A DNA stretch of 64,000 bases from Phoronis australis (taxonomy: Eukaryota; Animalia; Phoronida): assembly GCA_002633005.1 (NCBI GenBank), contig NMRA01000124.1, positions 124,001 through 188,000 of the forward strand, given 5' to 3'. Within the stretch, counting starts at the first letter, position 1, and each line of letters begins with the position of its first letter. The position numbers and the translations under genes were made by a program. Below, in pieces: positions 1 to 13,800 of the stretch. The notes beneath the pieces were generated by a model. The model searched no databases. It worked only from the letters and a program-made list of their open reading frames with translations, and was not told the origin of the DNA.

Positions 1-1709
1 TGCAAGAGAAGACTTCAGAATGTTCCAGTGAATGTTAAAGTCATCATATTGAAAAGTTTGTTCGTGGTACAACACTTTAGCTGAGATACACTCTTAAAGC
101 GTATCATACCACAAAGACATAGAATACATTAAGCTTTTATGGTGAATTTGCAGAATTCTGTAAGAAATCACAGTTTTCCATGAGAAACAAATTGGATACT
201 GGACAACGTCAAACACTGAAAAAGTTTCGACCATTACATTAGGTCAAGATTTAGTTTTACTTGTGACGCAGGTTTGTTTGGTTGCCATGACTAGCCAACA
301 GGCGAAACTTAAGTGTCAGAATGTTGTTCAAAGAATGAAGCCGATAATACTGCATTATAATAAAACTTAGGTCACAATGCCATCCTGGAGTTAAATCTAA
401 CACGCGCTCACATATTTGAAAAGCTTCCTCACGAATGGACAGCAGTTCGAAGCCATCATCAGAAATTTGTAACATGTCCAACAGCTTGGAATTATTGAGG
501 TCATGGGAGATAACTGCAAAATTTGAAGATGCACTAGTGCATACAATTGCTAAGGGTTGCAAAGTACTTTTAAGGGTTATTGGTGACAATTCTCTAGCTG
601 TTCCCATGCAGTTTGAAGTTCGTCACATTCAAGTCTAAGTAACCAATCACCCAAATCTCCTAAACTAGAGAAACATAGTCGATCTATATGTAGCCTGTAT
701 CCAGACAATGAACATTGGTGACCAGCTGTGTGTTGGTGGCAAATTGAGGTCATTCAAAGCAAATGTAAAGGGCTACAGTGTGTAATATCATTGAATTGAG
801 TAGAGAACAGCAATTAGGCCCAATAAGCTCACATTAAGTTCTGATACAAAGCGGCTAGGAACAATAACATCATTTTTTCTGGCATAAGTTCAACAATGCT
901 ATTCTATTGTGACCCAAAAATAATATTTAGTAGCCCAATAATTCTGGCATGAAGACAATGAAAGTCGACACAATTTGACAATAAAGCTCTGTCAAAATCT
1001 GTCCAGTTTATTTTGAGAACTTCGTCAGTTGAATATGATTCTGTGCTCATCAAGGTCTTGAAAGACACGCAGATTTGCCGCATGACAATTGACCTTGCCA
1101 AAAAGATTAGCCTATATTTGAAATGAAGCCTCAGTGAGGTTGACAAATCACGCTTCACTATACCTACACAAAATTTGCAGCACTGACAAAACCGATTCCA
1201 TGACTCTCAGTAAGATACCTGTACAGGCATTTAGACCTGGCAACAGTAGGTGTCTAGACTTGTCAAAAAAGATTGAGTGTGGTAGTCCTACAGCATTTCT
1301 GGCTCAATAATTTGATTCTCAAAAGTGTGTTTGTATCTAGGTTTAAGTTGATCTATTTCATCCTGCATTCATTATTTTGCTTCAGGAGGGATACCACTTC
1401 CAGATTTATGATTTCAACAACAAATTCAAAATTATACCCGGAAACCCTTCTTTAGGTCATGCAGTTGTAATTGGGTATCATGAGGTGTGTCAATTTTGCC
1501 TCTTTTCTGAGGACATTGTCACAACAAAACATAACAATTGTGATTGTAAAAACTTTGTGCACTTACTTCAACTACACAATGTAAATTTAGAATACCATTA
1601 AAATTGGCTTCCTCAACTCCGTTCCAATGGCCTTCAAAGGGATACAAGGATGAAGTTATCAGTGTGAAAGTCGGCTTAAAAACGTTCCGCAACCCTACTC
1701 CAGTATTAC

Positions 1710-1849
1710 CTCTATGAAGATGGGTGATGATGGGTTCTTCTTGTAAAAGATGGCTTTCGTCCCCCACTGGGGGTCAACACTGCCTTTCACCACAGGTGTC
1801 CTCACAGACTCCTTCTCACAACGCATGATCACAAACGGGTCAGTTGTTC
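1710..1849 (-). CDS. CAPN5: Calpain exon, C2 domain ([46 protein letters not shown])
   Basis: ttcag acceptor, gtaata donor, 140 nt; C2-type DPF/YVI...P.W...IFY pattern of CAPN5/6. Confidence 0.9.
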
Positions 1850-4800
1850 CTGAATTTGTAAAGAGATACGGACAAAATTACGGAAAACACAAAATACTTC
1901 AGCTGAAAATATGACAAATTTCCCCAACGCTCCGTATCTGTCAACTGAGCCCTTAGGAGAAATAATTCTGTGAGCTTATGGGCAAATTACCGAGTAGTAA
2001 ATTAATATGACAAATTTAATATTCACTTGGTAAGTATGAAGGGATTTTCCCACAGAGATTAGAGTTAATTTTGGTTCATCTGAAAGTGACTGAATTTGCC
2101 AAAATTTCAGATTTCTGGCAGATAATGATTTTTTGTCAAGACCATACAATATTTATACCAATAAGATGCTTATACCATACTTTTACAATCACATGAAATT
2201 GAAGAAGACGGAAACTGAGATTTTTCGACTATTACTTGTTCTAGAGATCACTTGCAGCCATATTGGATTTTTCAGACTAGCACTTTTCTCACAAGATGAC
2301 CTGGACACAGCCTTTACAAACACTGAAAATTGGACCTTATGCAAGACGAGAGCAAATGCAGATGTTTCCGTGTATTTTTATCAAGTCATACCGATGTATA
2401 CAATATTACCTTTAACTTTCTTTTCTAGTGAGGTACCCTTTACAGCAGTTACCACGGCAACCAAAGAAGGGGGTTTGCCCAGGCAGGCCAATAGGGGCTG
2501 TTTGGGACATTCTGCAGTCAATTCCCTGGAAATGATTTAACGCTACATTGAATGCAATTTTGAGAAGTTACAATGCCAGAACATATTACCGACAATCATG
2601 CACTCGATACAATATAACACACCTTGTTTCTCAGTGGTTATCAGAAAAAATAGAATTATTCACATCTTTGATGACACAGCTCTTACACAAAGTTGTGGAA
2701 TTGCCTGACAGTTTAATAGGATGACTCACATCCCAAAAAGTGGACCAGTAAAAGGATGCTGCTATTGGTGCAAAGAATGCATGCGTGACACACATCTGGA
2801 GTCTGAAAAACTGTTACGATGCAAGTAAAAGGTGCACAGGGGGTCGTTCGCGTGCTAACTCATATGTAGTGCCAGTCCACAAGTGATCTACGTCACTTGT
2901 GCTGTACTACTAGCAAAGGGCAACCACATCCCGAACATTTCAACGGAATACTTTACTCTACATTTCATGATATTAATTTTAGGACACTCACTTTGCATTC
3001 AGTTTATCATTGGAGTACATTCTCAGAAGGAAACCTCCGTCACAAGATGGCATAAGAGTAGAGGGGATGACAACATAGCGACCTTTTGGCAGGTCAGTGT
3101 TGAGAAAGGCACTTCGTCTCTGTCTAAAGGGGGATTTGTCCACGAGGTTATCCACCCTATGCACACGGTACTGCCGATTTTCCTCAACCTAGAAAAAAAT
3201 ACAAAAGGTAAATAGAAAGTATTTAGAGAAAGAGCAGAGTCAGACTGACATTGCTATTACCGCTAATAGTACAGCCTATTCTCTTAACATCAGCTGATGT
3301 TCACAAATGCATTTTTTCAAAGTAGTATATTTTATTGGTTTTGCACCAAATGATCATTGAAACAGTACGATTGATTCCAAAATCTAATCCACCAGTTCCT
3401 GTCCAAGTAGCATTCCTGAACATCACCTAAATTTCTCCATTAAGTTTTTCACTAAAACCGCTCACACACACAAATGGACCAAATACATAGTACTATTTTT
3501 TTCTGAAATCATATACTTGGAATCTTGAAAATAATTAATTAATTAATTTATGATTAAGTAGCATTACTGTTCTTGAGTAAACTTCACAAGACACTGTGTT
3601 TCGCTGCAACCTTACGTTAGATTGGAATAGTTTAGAGTTCTATCGAATTACTAAAAATTGTCAACTTTAAGGTAGGTGGATACACAAAAAAAATTAATTT
3701 TGACTGTTTTTTACATTTTCATATCATCCTAATCTTTAATTCTTGATGCACAGTATACTGAAGAAAAATAAAATCATTCTGAAAATCCAAAGTTGTTTTT
3801 TTAGCTATATTTGACCAAGCCTCAGTATGTCATATGGCTTGAGTGCTCACCAGCTCAGTGATTGACAACTGGGGCGGAGCTTATATACAAGGACACTAGC
3901 TCTAATCTAACCCTGTCAACAAGCATTGCGTAACCNACAAATTTAAAAACCAACCCAAAGCATATAGTTGTGCCGGTTTCTTTATTTTGCACACATCTAT
4001 ACTTTGCCCAGTTTTCTGTTGTGAAAGTGGTATCACGCTGATCATAGAATTTCTCTCTAGGTTTGGTTGGCTCATGTTATAAACCAAACTTGTCTGATTG
4101 TAGTGAAACAATGTATCTATCTATTGCTTCTGTTATTGTACAAACATGCAAAATTTGTTTCTGAAGCATCAGAATAGGTTCAGAAATAATATAGTTACAA
4201 CTTGTGCTAGCTTTAAACCAGAGTTTCCTGCATGCAGTCCAAAGCACATGACTCACAAGCAATGACTCGAGCCTGCTACCCAACCATAATTAATATGACG
4301 TGAGTGGAATCATTAGATGACAGCCTCGTGTAATCTGTCTGGTGATGTTTGACGCTCACTTTGAGTTTCAATATTTCTCTTAATGAACATTGATCACAAT
4401 TTGTATTTTTTGTTACATTGAAGTACCATGGTTCAACATAATCATAATTCACACCTGGGGATTTTCTAGAAATGTCTCGTGGTTCGAGTTCCCTCCAGCA
4501 CGAGCCTTGTCAGAACCTCGTGGTCCACTCGTCCATTTTCCTTTGAACATGGCTTCATTCCAAGTCTTTTTAAGACTGAACAACGACGTATTCATAAAGT
4601 AAATGATGTCAAGCCTGTTGAAGTGATTAAGGAAGTCGGCATAGGACACCCTGGAAAACAAACACTTAAAATATGATGAGCCAATTAACAATACCATATA
4701 TAATCAAAAGATTTTTGCAGTCCTATTGCTAAGTTGCAATCATGCAGTGGACATTTCAGTTTTTTTCTCAAACAGCCCACTAATCATGACCAGTTCCCAC

Positions 4801-7800
4801 TAATCAATACCACATTCCAGAAAACAAACAGTTCATTAACTGAAAATCAAAACCGCTGCCCAAGACCCACTGAAACGATCCTGGTATTTTTTTTAGGCAA
4901 ATTTTCACCAGGAAAATTTTTTGCATGGGGACGCAATTTGTTGGGATTTTGAGTTCCACCAAATTTCACAGGATTATGTACTGAAAATTTCTTTATGAGG
5001 TGACAGAAGTAACATTGTTTACTTGATTAAATCTCATACCCCGCATGCTCTCACAAATGGCAGTATTACAGTTTGTACTTTGACACTTTATTCAATTAAC
5101 CAAGTGATGTTATCAGTCTCACAGATGTTTTCCAAGGCCCGTCAATAGGGGGCCACAGAACTTGCCGTGATTCTCAATTGCATTGGAACACAAGATTAGC
5201 AGAAATAATTTCTATAAAAGATCCTACAAAATTTCTGTGGTTCTGACATACCTGACAATAACTACTGTGTTTCAATAACACCCATTCACATGTTCCATAT
5301 GGTAATTAAGACAGATTCCAACCACTAGCAAGCTTCAAATTACAGGGGTTTATGATTCCGTAGAGACTGAAGCAGATCATGTCTCATAATAATTTGCAGC
5401 AACAGAGGCAAAAACTAATGGGCACGGTGAAGACTAAGCAAAATTTGTGAATTTGGGGATGGAATTGTAAAATTTGCTTTTTTTTTTCTGGAACTGAACA
5501 ATACGAGTATCCTTTGTGTTATCGAACATACATCAAGAGGTAATAATTGGAAGCCAAACACGCAAATCCAATTTAAAAAGTGAAAATTCTGATTATAACC
5601 AAGCAGTTACATTTGCTGGATAACTCAATGTGTGCCTAACAAACAATCATTGAATACTTCTAGGTTTAAAGCCGACAGGGGTAAAACTTCATCGCTTGAA
5701 AACAATCTGACTGAGAATCTAGCGAAAATGTGGTCACCCCATAATGTATGCAGTGCCAAGTATTCTCCCGAGACAACTCCGCTAATATGCAATAACCCAG
5801 GTGGGGTCAACCTCAGCTAGCACATGCACTTCAGTCATGCAGCCTGATCCCTCAAAGGGATAGAGGAATTGAGTATCCCCTTCGATATTACTAAGCCGGA
5901 AAACTTGACATATCTGATGTTTACTACATGTTGTTGAACGAGTCACAACATCTTGATTTAGACAGAGGTTGCAAAACTCAAAGTGGTTCTTTTTGTCTCA
6001 CGAGAAAACTTAGCTGTGGCGTTTGCACTTTCAACAATAAGTTGTTTCCAATCTCACCAGAACTCTGCCTCCTTGGTGAAGTTTAACCCCAAGCTGTTTC
6101 TCTCATCGGGAGTTAGGCTCTTCCATTCATCGGAGCTGCATAAACAAAGTCAGTAATCATCACTGTTTCTTATGAAAGTAATTCACTAAAATCCATAGAA
6201 TTTCATTCAATGTTTCTATTTAATCACTAAAAAGTGGATATGATGTTCCCCTGTTACTTTTCTTTTAAAAGGCACCATTGATTAAACAGTTAGTTTTAAA
6301 AGGCTGTGTTACAATACAGCCCTTTTTAATTGGCTTACCGTATTCGCCGTAATAACCGCCCATGACCCTATAAGCGCCCCCCACGCGCTTTCAGACTTTG
6401 CTGAAATAAGCGCCCAGTCCATGAACGTGTACATGCGAACAATGACATACCTACAGTCCTACAACTCAGCTACAGTAACATCTTCAATTTATCAAAAAAT
6501 TTTTGCCCTTGTCTTCTAGACCATCAGCGGCACTGCTACATTTTTATTTAGCCATGACTTTACACTTCAAAGTAACGCAGCGCTCCAAAAAGAACGCAAC
6601 AGTGTTGCTACGCTCTCGCGATGACCGTGTCCCACTATGATCTGACCTTTCAGTACAGACACATCGACTGTCTCATGAATAAAAATAACTTGGTGTTAAA
6701 CGCACGTGGCCAGGAAGCGCGCTACATACATGAACCTGTCATCAAAGACATTAGTCGGGAACTATCCATTCATGAAACGGGTAGCATAGCATCGGCAAGA
6801 AATGAATATTGGCACTAATTTCCGACAATTTCAAATACTATAAAACATGTTTGAGTTATTTTTGAGATGGATTGTTTGATTAACCATAATTGGTGTTTTT
6901 AAGCCGAATATCCGATAAAATGACAACTGACAGTGAATGCTTACACACCCTTACACCGAAAAATAACTGCCAGATAGTTACGTACTACGCATCCAGCTAC
7001 ACGGCGACTATAATATGGGCCTTACCGAGACAAATGTCCAAAGTTTTTAGCACAAGACCGGCAAGTGCTGAATGAAACACGCTCTGGTTTAGGCCTACTG
7101 CTTGTGCAAATTTCTTTACACATCTAGCTAGTTAGATTGCGTGGCTCTCGCCAAAAGACGGTCTCTGCTTTGGCAAATGAACTCTGGTGACACGCACGTG
7201 CTCGCTTACTCGCAGACGAACTTCAAAACAAATGTCACGTGACAACAACATGTGTATTCATCCAGACATTTTTCTCGCTGTGTTGCCAATCATACATGTA
7301 GATGGCACGATGTTGCACAGATTTGTACTTACACCTGCCGTTAATCCAGACTCCACGGGAACTTAAAAAATCTTAGAGACGCTACTTATAAAACTTAATG
7401 AGGATTTCAGGTAATTTGCTTGAGTCGAAACTATTTTATTCAAGCACTGAAGTCGCCATACCGTAGACGGTGATTTCGAGGCAGTCAGTCCGCGAGTTTT
7501 GGCCCAGCACAATTTTCTGTAAAATTATCGTAATTTAGCAGCAAAGTTTGATAGCAATGCACAACAGTTTTGTTGCAAGTCTTTCATAGATTACATATAC
7601 GTCACAGAGCATAAATTTGATGAATCTTTGCTTCCGATTTCACCCGTTTCGGAAACCGGGTTTCAACCACCTTGTGTTATAATAAGCGCCACCCCTGAAC
7701 CCAACTTTTCTAAGCGCCCTGGGCGGTTAATACAGCGAATACGGTAATCACAAACAAAATCATAAACACCAAAAACATGAATTCAGAGGTTCAAGGAACA

Positions 7801-10800
7801 AGTTAATGAAAAATTTTTACACTTCAAAAGGTTACAAAATGCCAAGAGGCATGTTGAAGATAATTACAATTCACAGAAATGTTCCAAATAAACCATACAG
7901 ACAGCTATTTCAAAACTTGGAATTCTGCTAGTTTCAGGAGTTGATTTTATCTAACTTTTTAGATACATCATATTTTCTTCATGGCATCTAGGCCTAAAGC
8001 TTGGTTACTTATGCATCACTACAAGAGAAGTTATCAAGTGTCTCTCTTGTATGTCCACTACCAGATGGAGACCTGTTAGTGTGCCTGTCCATGGTGACGA
8101 TCACTTACTGGTCAGACCACGGCCCTTTCCATCCAGCTAAGCCCCACGGGTTCTGTAGTCTAAGCATCTTCAGCTGTTTACTTCCCACAGTACTCTGAAG
8201 TCCTTTGGGTATATCAATGCACCTGACTGCCGTGCCGCAATAACCGTATCCAAGCAGGAGTCCGTAGTCCTCTTCGTTACCAACATCATCTCGGTCACAC
8301 TGACACGATAGACGAATGTAAAAGAGTTACAGTGCTAAAAGACTATTTTGATTTAGACCACTTGCTGCTATAAAATTGATCTGAACTTGTTCCTGATACA
8401 AATGAGAAGTGGGTTCTGAGATTGGAAAGAACTGAGAGTCATTATTGAGTGAGACCATGCTCCACGCATTAAATGACACGTCGAGACAAGCCACCTTGCT
8501 AGGCCTGGTCTTACGAAATAAATGACTCAGTTATTTACAAACCAAAAACCACACATAATTTCACTAAGGACAGTTTGAGACCAATTTCATAATGACGAGT
8601 GGTCTCAATCAAAAGTTGTTATTTGTGACAGAAGGAAGGCCCACAACTGTCTTAAGCTAACAAACTAACAAAAAACAATTACTGAACAGACCAAAATGAG
8701 TATAATCAATGAACGCTACAGAAAAGAGATGCTTTCTTCACATTTTCATCTATTCTCAACCATGCAATGCTTTAATAATCACATTAGTCTTGGTACTTGC
8801 CCAATCGAGGTTGTTTTAACAAAAACACCTAATTATTGGCCACAGGTACGTCATGACAGATACACTTTTTGATAAGCTTGAGGAAATGATATTTAAAGCT
8901 GCATTCTGCCCTGTTAAACTAAAACAAAAACAAAAAAATCAAATTAGGCCTATTATTCTCATAAAATCTGTCTCATAAGTTTCCTCACTGTGATAGTTCT
9001 ATTTTGTTACTATTAAGAGCACCAAAATCATTTGCCACTCAAAAAAAAAACACTTCAGACTTTACTAGCGTCGGCTAACCCTAAAATTGTGAATTAAAAT
9101 ATGGCGCATGTACACATTGCTTATGACTTGAATTTGTGATGGAATGGGATCCTGTCACAGTAAGGAATATCATACAAGACCAAATTTAAGAGAGTAAAAG
9201 GCCCATTTCAATTTTTGTTTTTCAGCCAGTTAAACAGGGTGAAATGCAGCTTTAAAAAACTGTTTCGGTTCATGGTTAATCCGAGTACTATTCACCACCA
9301 GATTTGCCTCATTTTTTTCAGTCTACACTCTACATTGTTGCATTGTTTTGTGTGACCATTTATAACGACTCCAAGACAACGAAATGGGACACCAGAATTT
9401 CAAAATACGGGTTCACTGGACCCCAGCATTTGGAAGTGTAGGGCGAACAGTTAGTTTCCACATCAAGTGACCCTACCTCAATACTGCAGACAATCATCGA
9501 GTCATTTTCCTCTGCGTACTTCAGAAGACTGAACAAGGAGTTTTGCGCATTGTCGTCATCTTTGTCGAACTCCTCCAAAAACAACGTGTGGGACATACCC
9601 CCCGTGAAATCCACCAGCGCATCCGCTACATCAACGTAACTCAGGGACTCGTAATCTCCGAGAGCTCTAAAAAATATATAATGAATTGAAACGAGATCAA
9701 TGAGTAAATGTATAGCAGAAAGCCAACATGAGCATGGAGAAGAAAAGTCATGTCTTCCAAAATCCCTAAATGCACTGTTGCTCTGCTTGAACTTTTTTAG
9801 CATAGAATATTTCACAACAGACAAAATCTGTTCTTCCTGAATGTCATCATTAAAATCTAGATCAAAAATTCAATTTGTTCCAAATTGTTTTCAAACTCCG
9901 TTTTTTATATCCCGTTCCCTTTATTTTAGGTGACGTTCATCACTATTGTTAAAACAAAATCATTAAACAATTTTCAACAACCTTTTTCAGACTTCTTTGA
10001 TTTTCTTTTTACAAATTCCCACCAGAACCTCGATGAAACTGCCCATTAAATAGGACACAGTTTTGTCATTTCTTTTGAAAATCGGTACATAAAACAAGCC
10101 ACATCAATTCTTAAAATGAAAGTCAACAACTTTTCTTAACAAAAAATACTAACTTTGCATACGCTTTTTCCAACAGAGCACTCCAGAACTCGTTCCTATC
10201 CGCTGCATGGCAGAACAACAGTTTGTTGTCTTTCGTTGGCAGTTGGTCGTCAATGACAACATCCAACCAGTCTCCATGACGCCAAAACTGAAAATGAAAG
10301 ATCCCCTGGTGCTGTTGTTCAGGCATCCACTCTTGCTCCTTGCATTTTGGCACAACCTGCAACAATGACAGCTGTACTACAAAGTTTTCAAACAATGAAA
10401 TGAAATTGTCTTCTTGTTTAATCCCATTGAAAATTTTGAGAAAACATAACTGTACTGGTCCGCCATATTGCGTACTAATTTGAATAAAGCTTACCATGAG
10501 ACTTCAAATTTGAAAGGGTTTTTTGCGAGAAAGGCAATTGTGAAATGCAAAGTCCGCAACGCATGCACACACACAGGCAACACTAAACTGTCGATGCCCT
10601 TCCCAAGGCATTCGACAACTCCCTGTATGGAGAAAACAAGCTTTTATCCTCTAACCAAATTTTTAGTTTAATGTCCATCTTGTTTCCCACATTTAGAACT
10701 TGAAGGTTGTGCAATTTACAGGCCTGTAGAAACCCGAGGCTCCATATTTTGTCAACTAAAATTGAACTCTGTAACAATAATAAAAAAACAAATTTGCCAT

Positions 10801-13800
10801 TACCATTTAAATAACACAGCACAGAAGGATTCCTGTTATAATCATAATACAATTGGACGAGATAAATCCAGTTTTAAAAAAATGAAACAGAATGAATAAG
10901 ATTTTTTGAAGTTAAAGTAAAGGAATCTTGTCGGAGATCATACTGGGGTAACAAACCAGTGCCTTCTCTCACAAAATTCACTGTTGATTTTGGCCACTGA
11001 CTGTTAAAAAGTACTCAAATCAGAAATAACATATCAGGCTGAGAAGAACGGACAGGTTAACATGGCTTCAGAGCAGACTCATATATGTCGCATGTCTAGG
11101 TATGTTATAGTTTCTGTTGTGAATACAGTTAGCAGTCTGGGGAATTCTAGGTGATCTATGGTAACTGTGAACCTTGCTTACCAGGTTGTAGTATGTGCAA
11201 ATATCTTCTGTTAGCTATAACCCCTACAAAATAACATTTTCTGAAAGAAAGGTGAATAAATCTCCTAACAAAATTGATTATTCTTATTTAATAATCTTTA
11301 TTTATTTTTTCATGAGATATGCGTGTTTCAGTAATTTTTTTTGCCTTTGAACAGAGAATTTGAAAGGATTGCTCCTCCAATTACTTTGGACTTTTGTCAA
11401 CAAGTTGATAACAGCATTTGGAGGGAACTGTGTCTCCGATTTTAGAAATAGGCCCTAGTTTTTAATTATCCACTATTTACAGCATTTTGAGCAAGAATAG
11501 CCGTACTCTTGATTTTTGAAAGCTTCGTTAGGAAAACTAGGGCCTATTTCAAAAATCTAAGACACGGTTCCCTCAAAAATGCGGTTATTAAAAGGTTATC
11601 TCCCATCTTATTTAGTGGCGTCCATTCTAACTCTATATCAATAAACTGAGCTTTGTCAACTAGTAAAAGTATATATTTTCTGAAAGAACAAAGACCAGGA
11701 AATATAAATATACTTTTTGTATTCATGTGCCATTATTATTTTTACATAAAAACCTTTTAAGTCAAAATTTCATTTTTAAGAAAGGTACATTCATAGCAAA
11801 ATAACCCCTAGGTCAATTTTAATGAAACCTTTTTTTAAATGAAAACTTCACCAGTTACCTCAAAAAAGCTTTTAGGAATTTTCAATTAGTTTGTTCGTTT
11901 GGATTTTATGACGAATCAACTCGCAAAACGTAAGGCATTTTTGTATTCGTCTTTGTCACATTACGCAAAAACTAGGTCTTTATATCAAAAATCGTAAAAG
12001 CGTTTTTGAGACTGATGACTAAATATTAAGTTTGGAAAGTTTCAGCAAAATGCATCCAGCCGTTTTTGAGAACTAGTGTTCCTAAGTTCAAATAAAATTG
12101 ATTTCCCGAAGCCGACAAAAGGCCGATTAAACTGGGACAAGTGAAAGTCTCGAAGTCTTCGGTTCATTATTCGGTGAAAATTTGTTTTCCTTACACATAA
12201 CCTTTTCAATCCTTAACTATGTTAGCTATTTCAACGTTCACTAGCAATGTCAACTGATTTTGCAGTGCGTAACTAACTTAATTATCATTAAAATCTCAAA
12301 TAGACGTATTGTATTTCCCAGCTAACTTTTACTGTTGTTTACGCCCTAGTTTCTAAGTAGGTCACAGTTCATAGCCTGTACACGTGCTGGGAGACTGATA
12401 AAAAACCAAGTGAGAAATGGATTACAAAAATCGAATCGGTGATTAAAGTATGTCGTTCGCATGAGATCGAAACATCAAAACGTCAACTTATTAATTGAAT
12501 AAAGGAATTAGGGTGAGGATTTATCTCTTTTCACAACTTTCTGTGTTCATGACCACAGAGACCTGAGGTGACTCGTAGCATTCGTTTTCAATGCCAACAG
12601 TCGTATGCATGTAGACGCAAAACTACCTTAGTATCAAAACTACGTTTTGTCTTCGTTTTCCCCACACCATTCTATCATAAGTACACCTCGTTGGCTAAAT
12701 ATTATTGGCAGGCAACTTTGTGAATGAAAGGACTGAGGCTTTACGAAGCTGTTCTGTACCTGGTGGTAGATTCGATTTAATTGAAAGCCCTTTAACCTTT
12801 GACCTTGGATAAGTTGTGAACAAATATCCATGCGGTTGTTCAGTTCCAATGTGATTCTGCTAAACCTTATTTTTCTCGCTACGTGATATATATTTTGCAT
12901 TTGAAGTTTCCCGAGAATGAACATAAGGTATTTTGCTAGACATAAGTGAAATATTGTAAAAATGGCCAATTTTTGTGAATAAGGTTGCAGATAACCTTAA
13001 CATGTTGACAAATAACCAATATAATTGGAGGAACAATGTTTTAAAAATCTTTGTTCAAAGTCAAAAACATACTAAAAATGCATATCTCGTGAAAAAATAA
13101 AGACAAATAAGAATAATAAATTTTGTTAGGAAATTTACCCACCTTTCAGAAAATATATTCTATGTTGGGTTAGAGCTAATTTAAGATATTTTCACATCAA
13201 TACAACCTGGTAAACAAGGTTCACAGTTACCTTAATGAAACAAATTTCAATTCAAACAAATGTCGGTAAGAATGCAGTGACATTGCTTTTTAAGCCAAGA
13301 GCAAATACGCCTGTGAAAAAAACTGCCTTTTAAACACTCGTGATTGTAGTAGATTATACCCCAAATGATCATAATTTAAGATAAAAAAACATGACAATCA
13401 CCAATGAATCCAAGCTACCAGAAGTATACGCGCAGACCAAAACTGGTCAAGATACCTACCCCAAGTATGTAGTTATTTAGTAGGGTAACTCTATCTTGTG
13501 TGGTTTATAATCCTCAATCAGAACACAGACGAGCATGAGGCAACTCGTACGGTAGCATTTGGCCTTCTGTCACCCCAACGCTATGAGCGCACCTAAGCCA
13601 AGGTGTGACTAACCCTTCCTTTCATAAAAGTCAATTAATGTGTGAAGCTCAGATGTGCAGCTGAAGTAAACCTGCCCCCTAATTTCTCTAATAATTTGCA
13701 CAGATTTCAAAAATTAATATTATTTATTTTTTATTTTTCAATTTTTTATGACGGTCATTTGTCTTTATTTGTTTTTTTTGGCTTTGAAACTTGTATGGTA

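Noticed and set aside
257-1601. Short ORFs as a candidate final calpain C2 exon or a separate gene
   Set aside because: No VWN...D.FLG-like exon behind a phase-0 acceptor was found (candidates near 660, 1163 and 1218 hit early stops or lack similarity); the last exon probably lies left of the window
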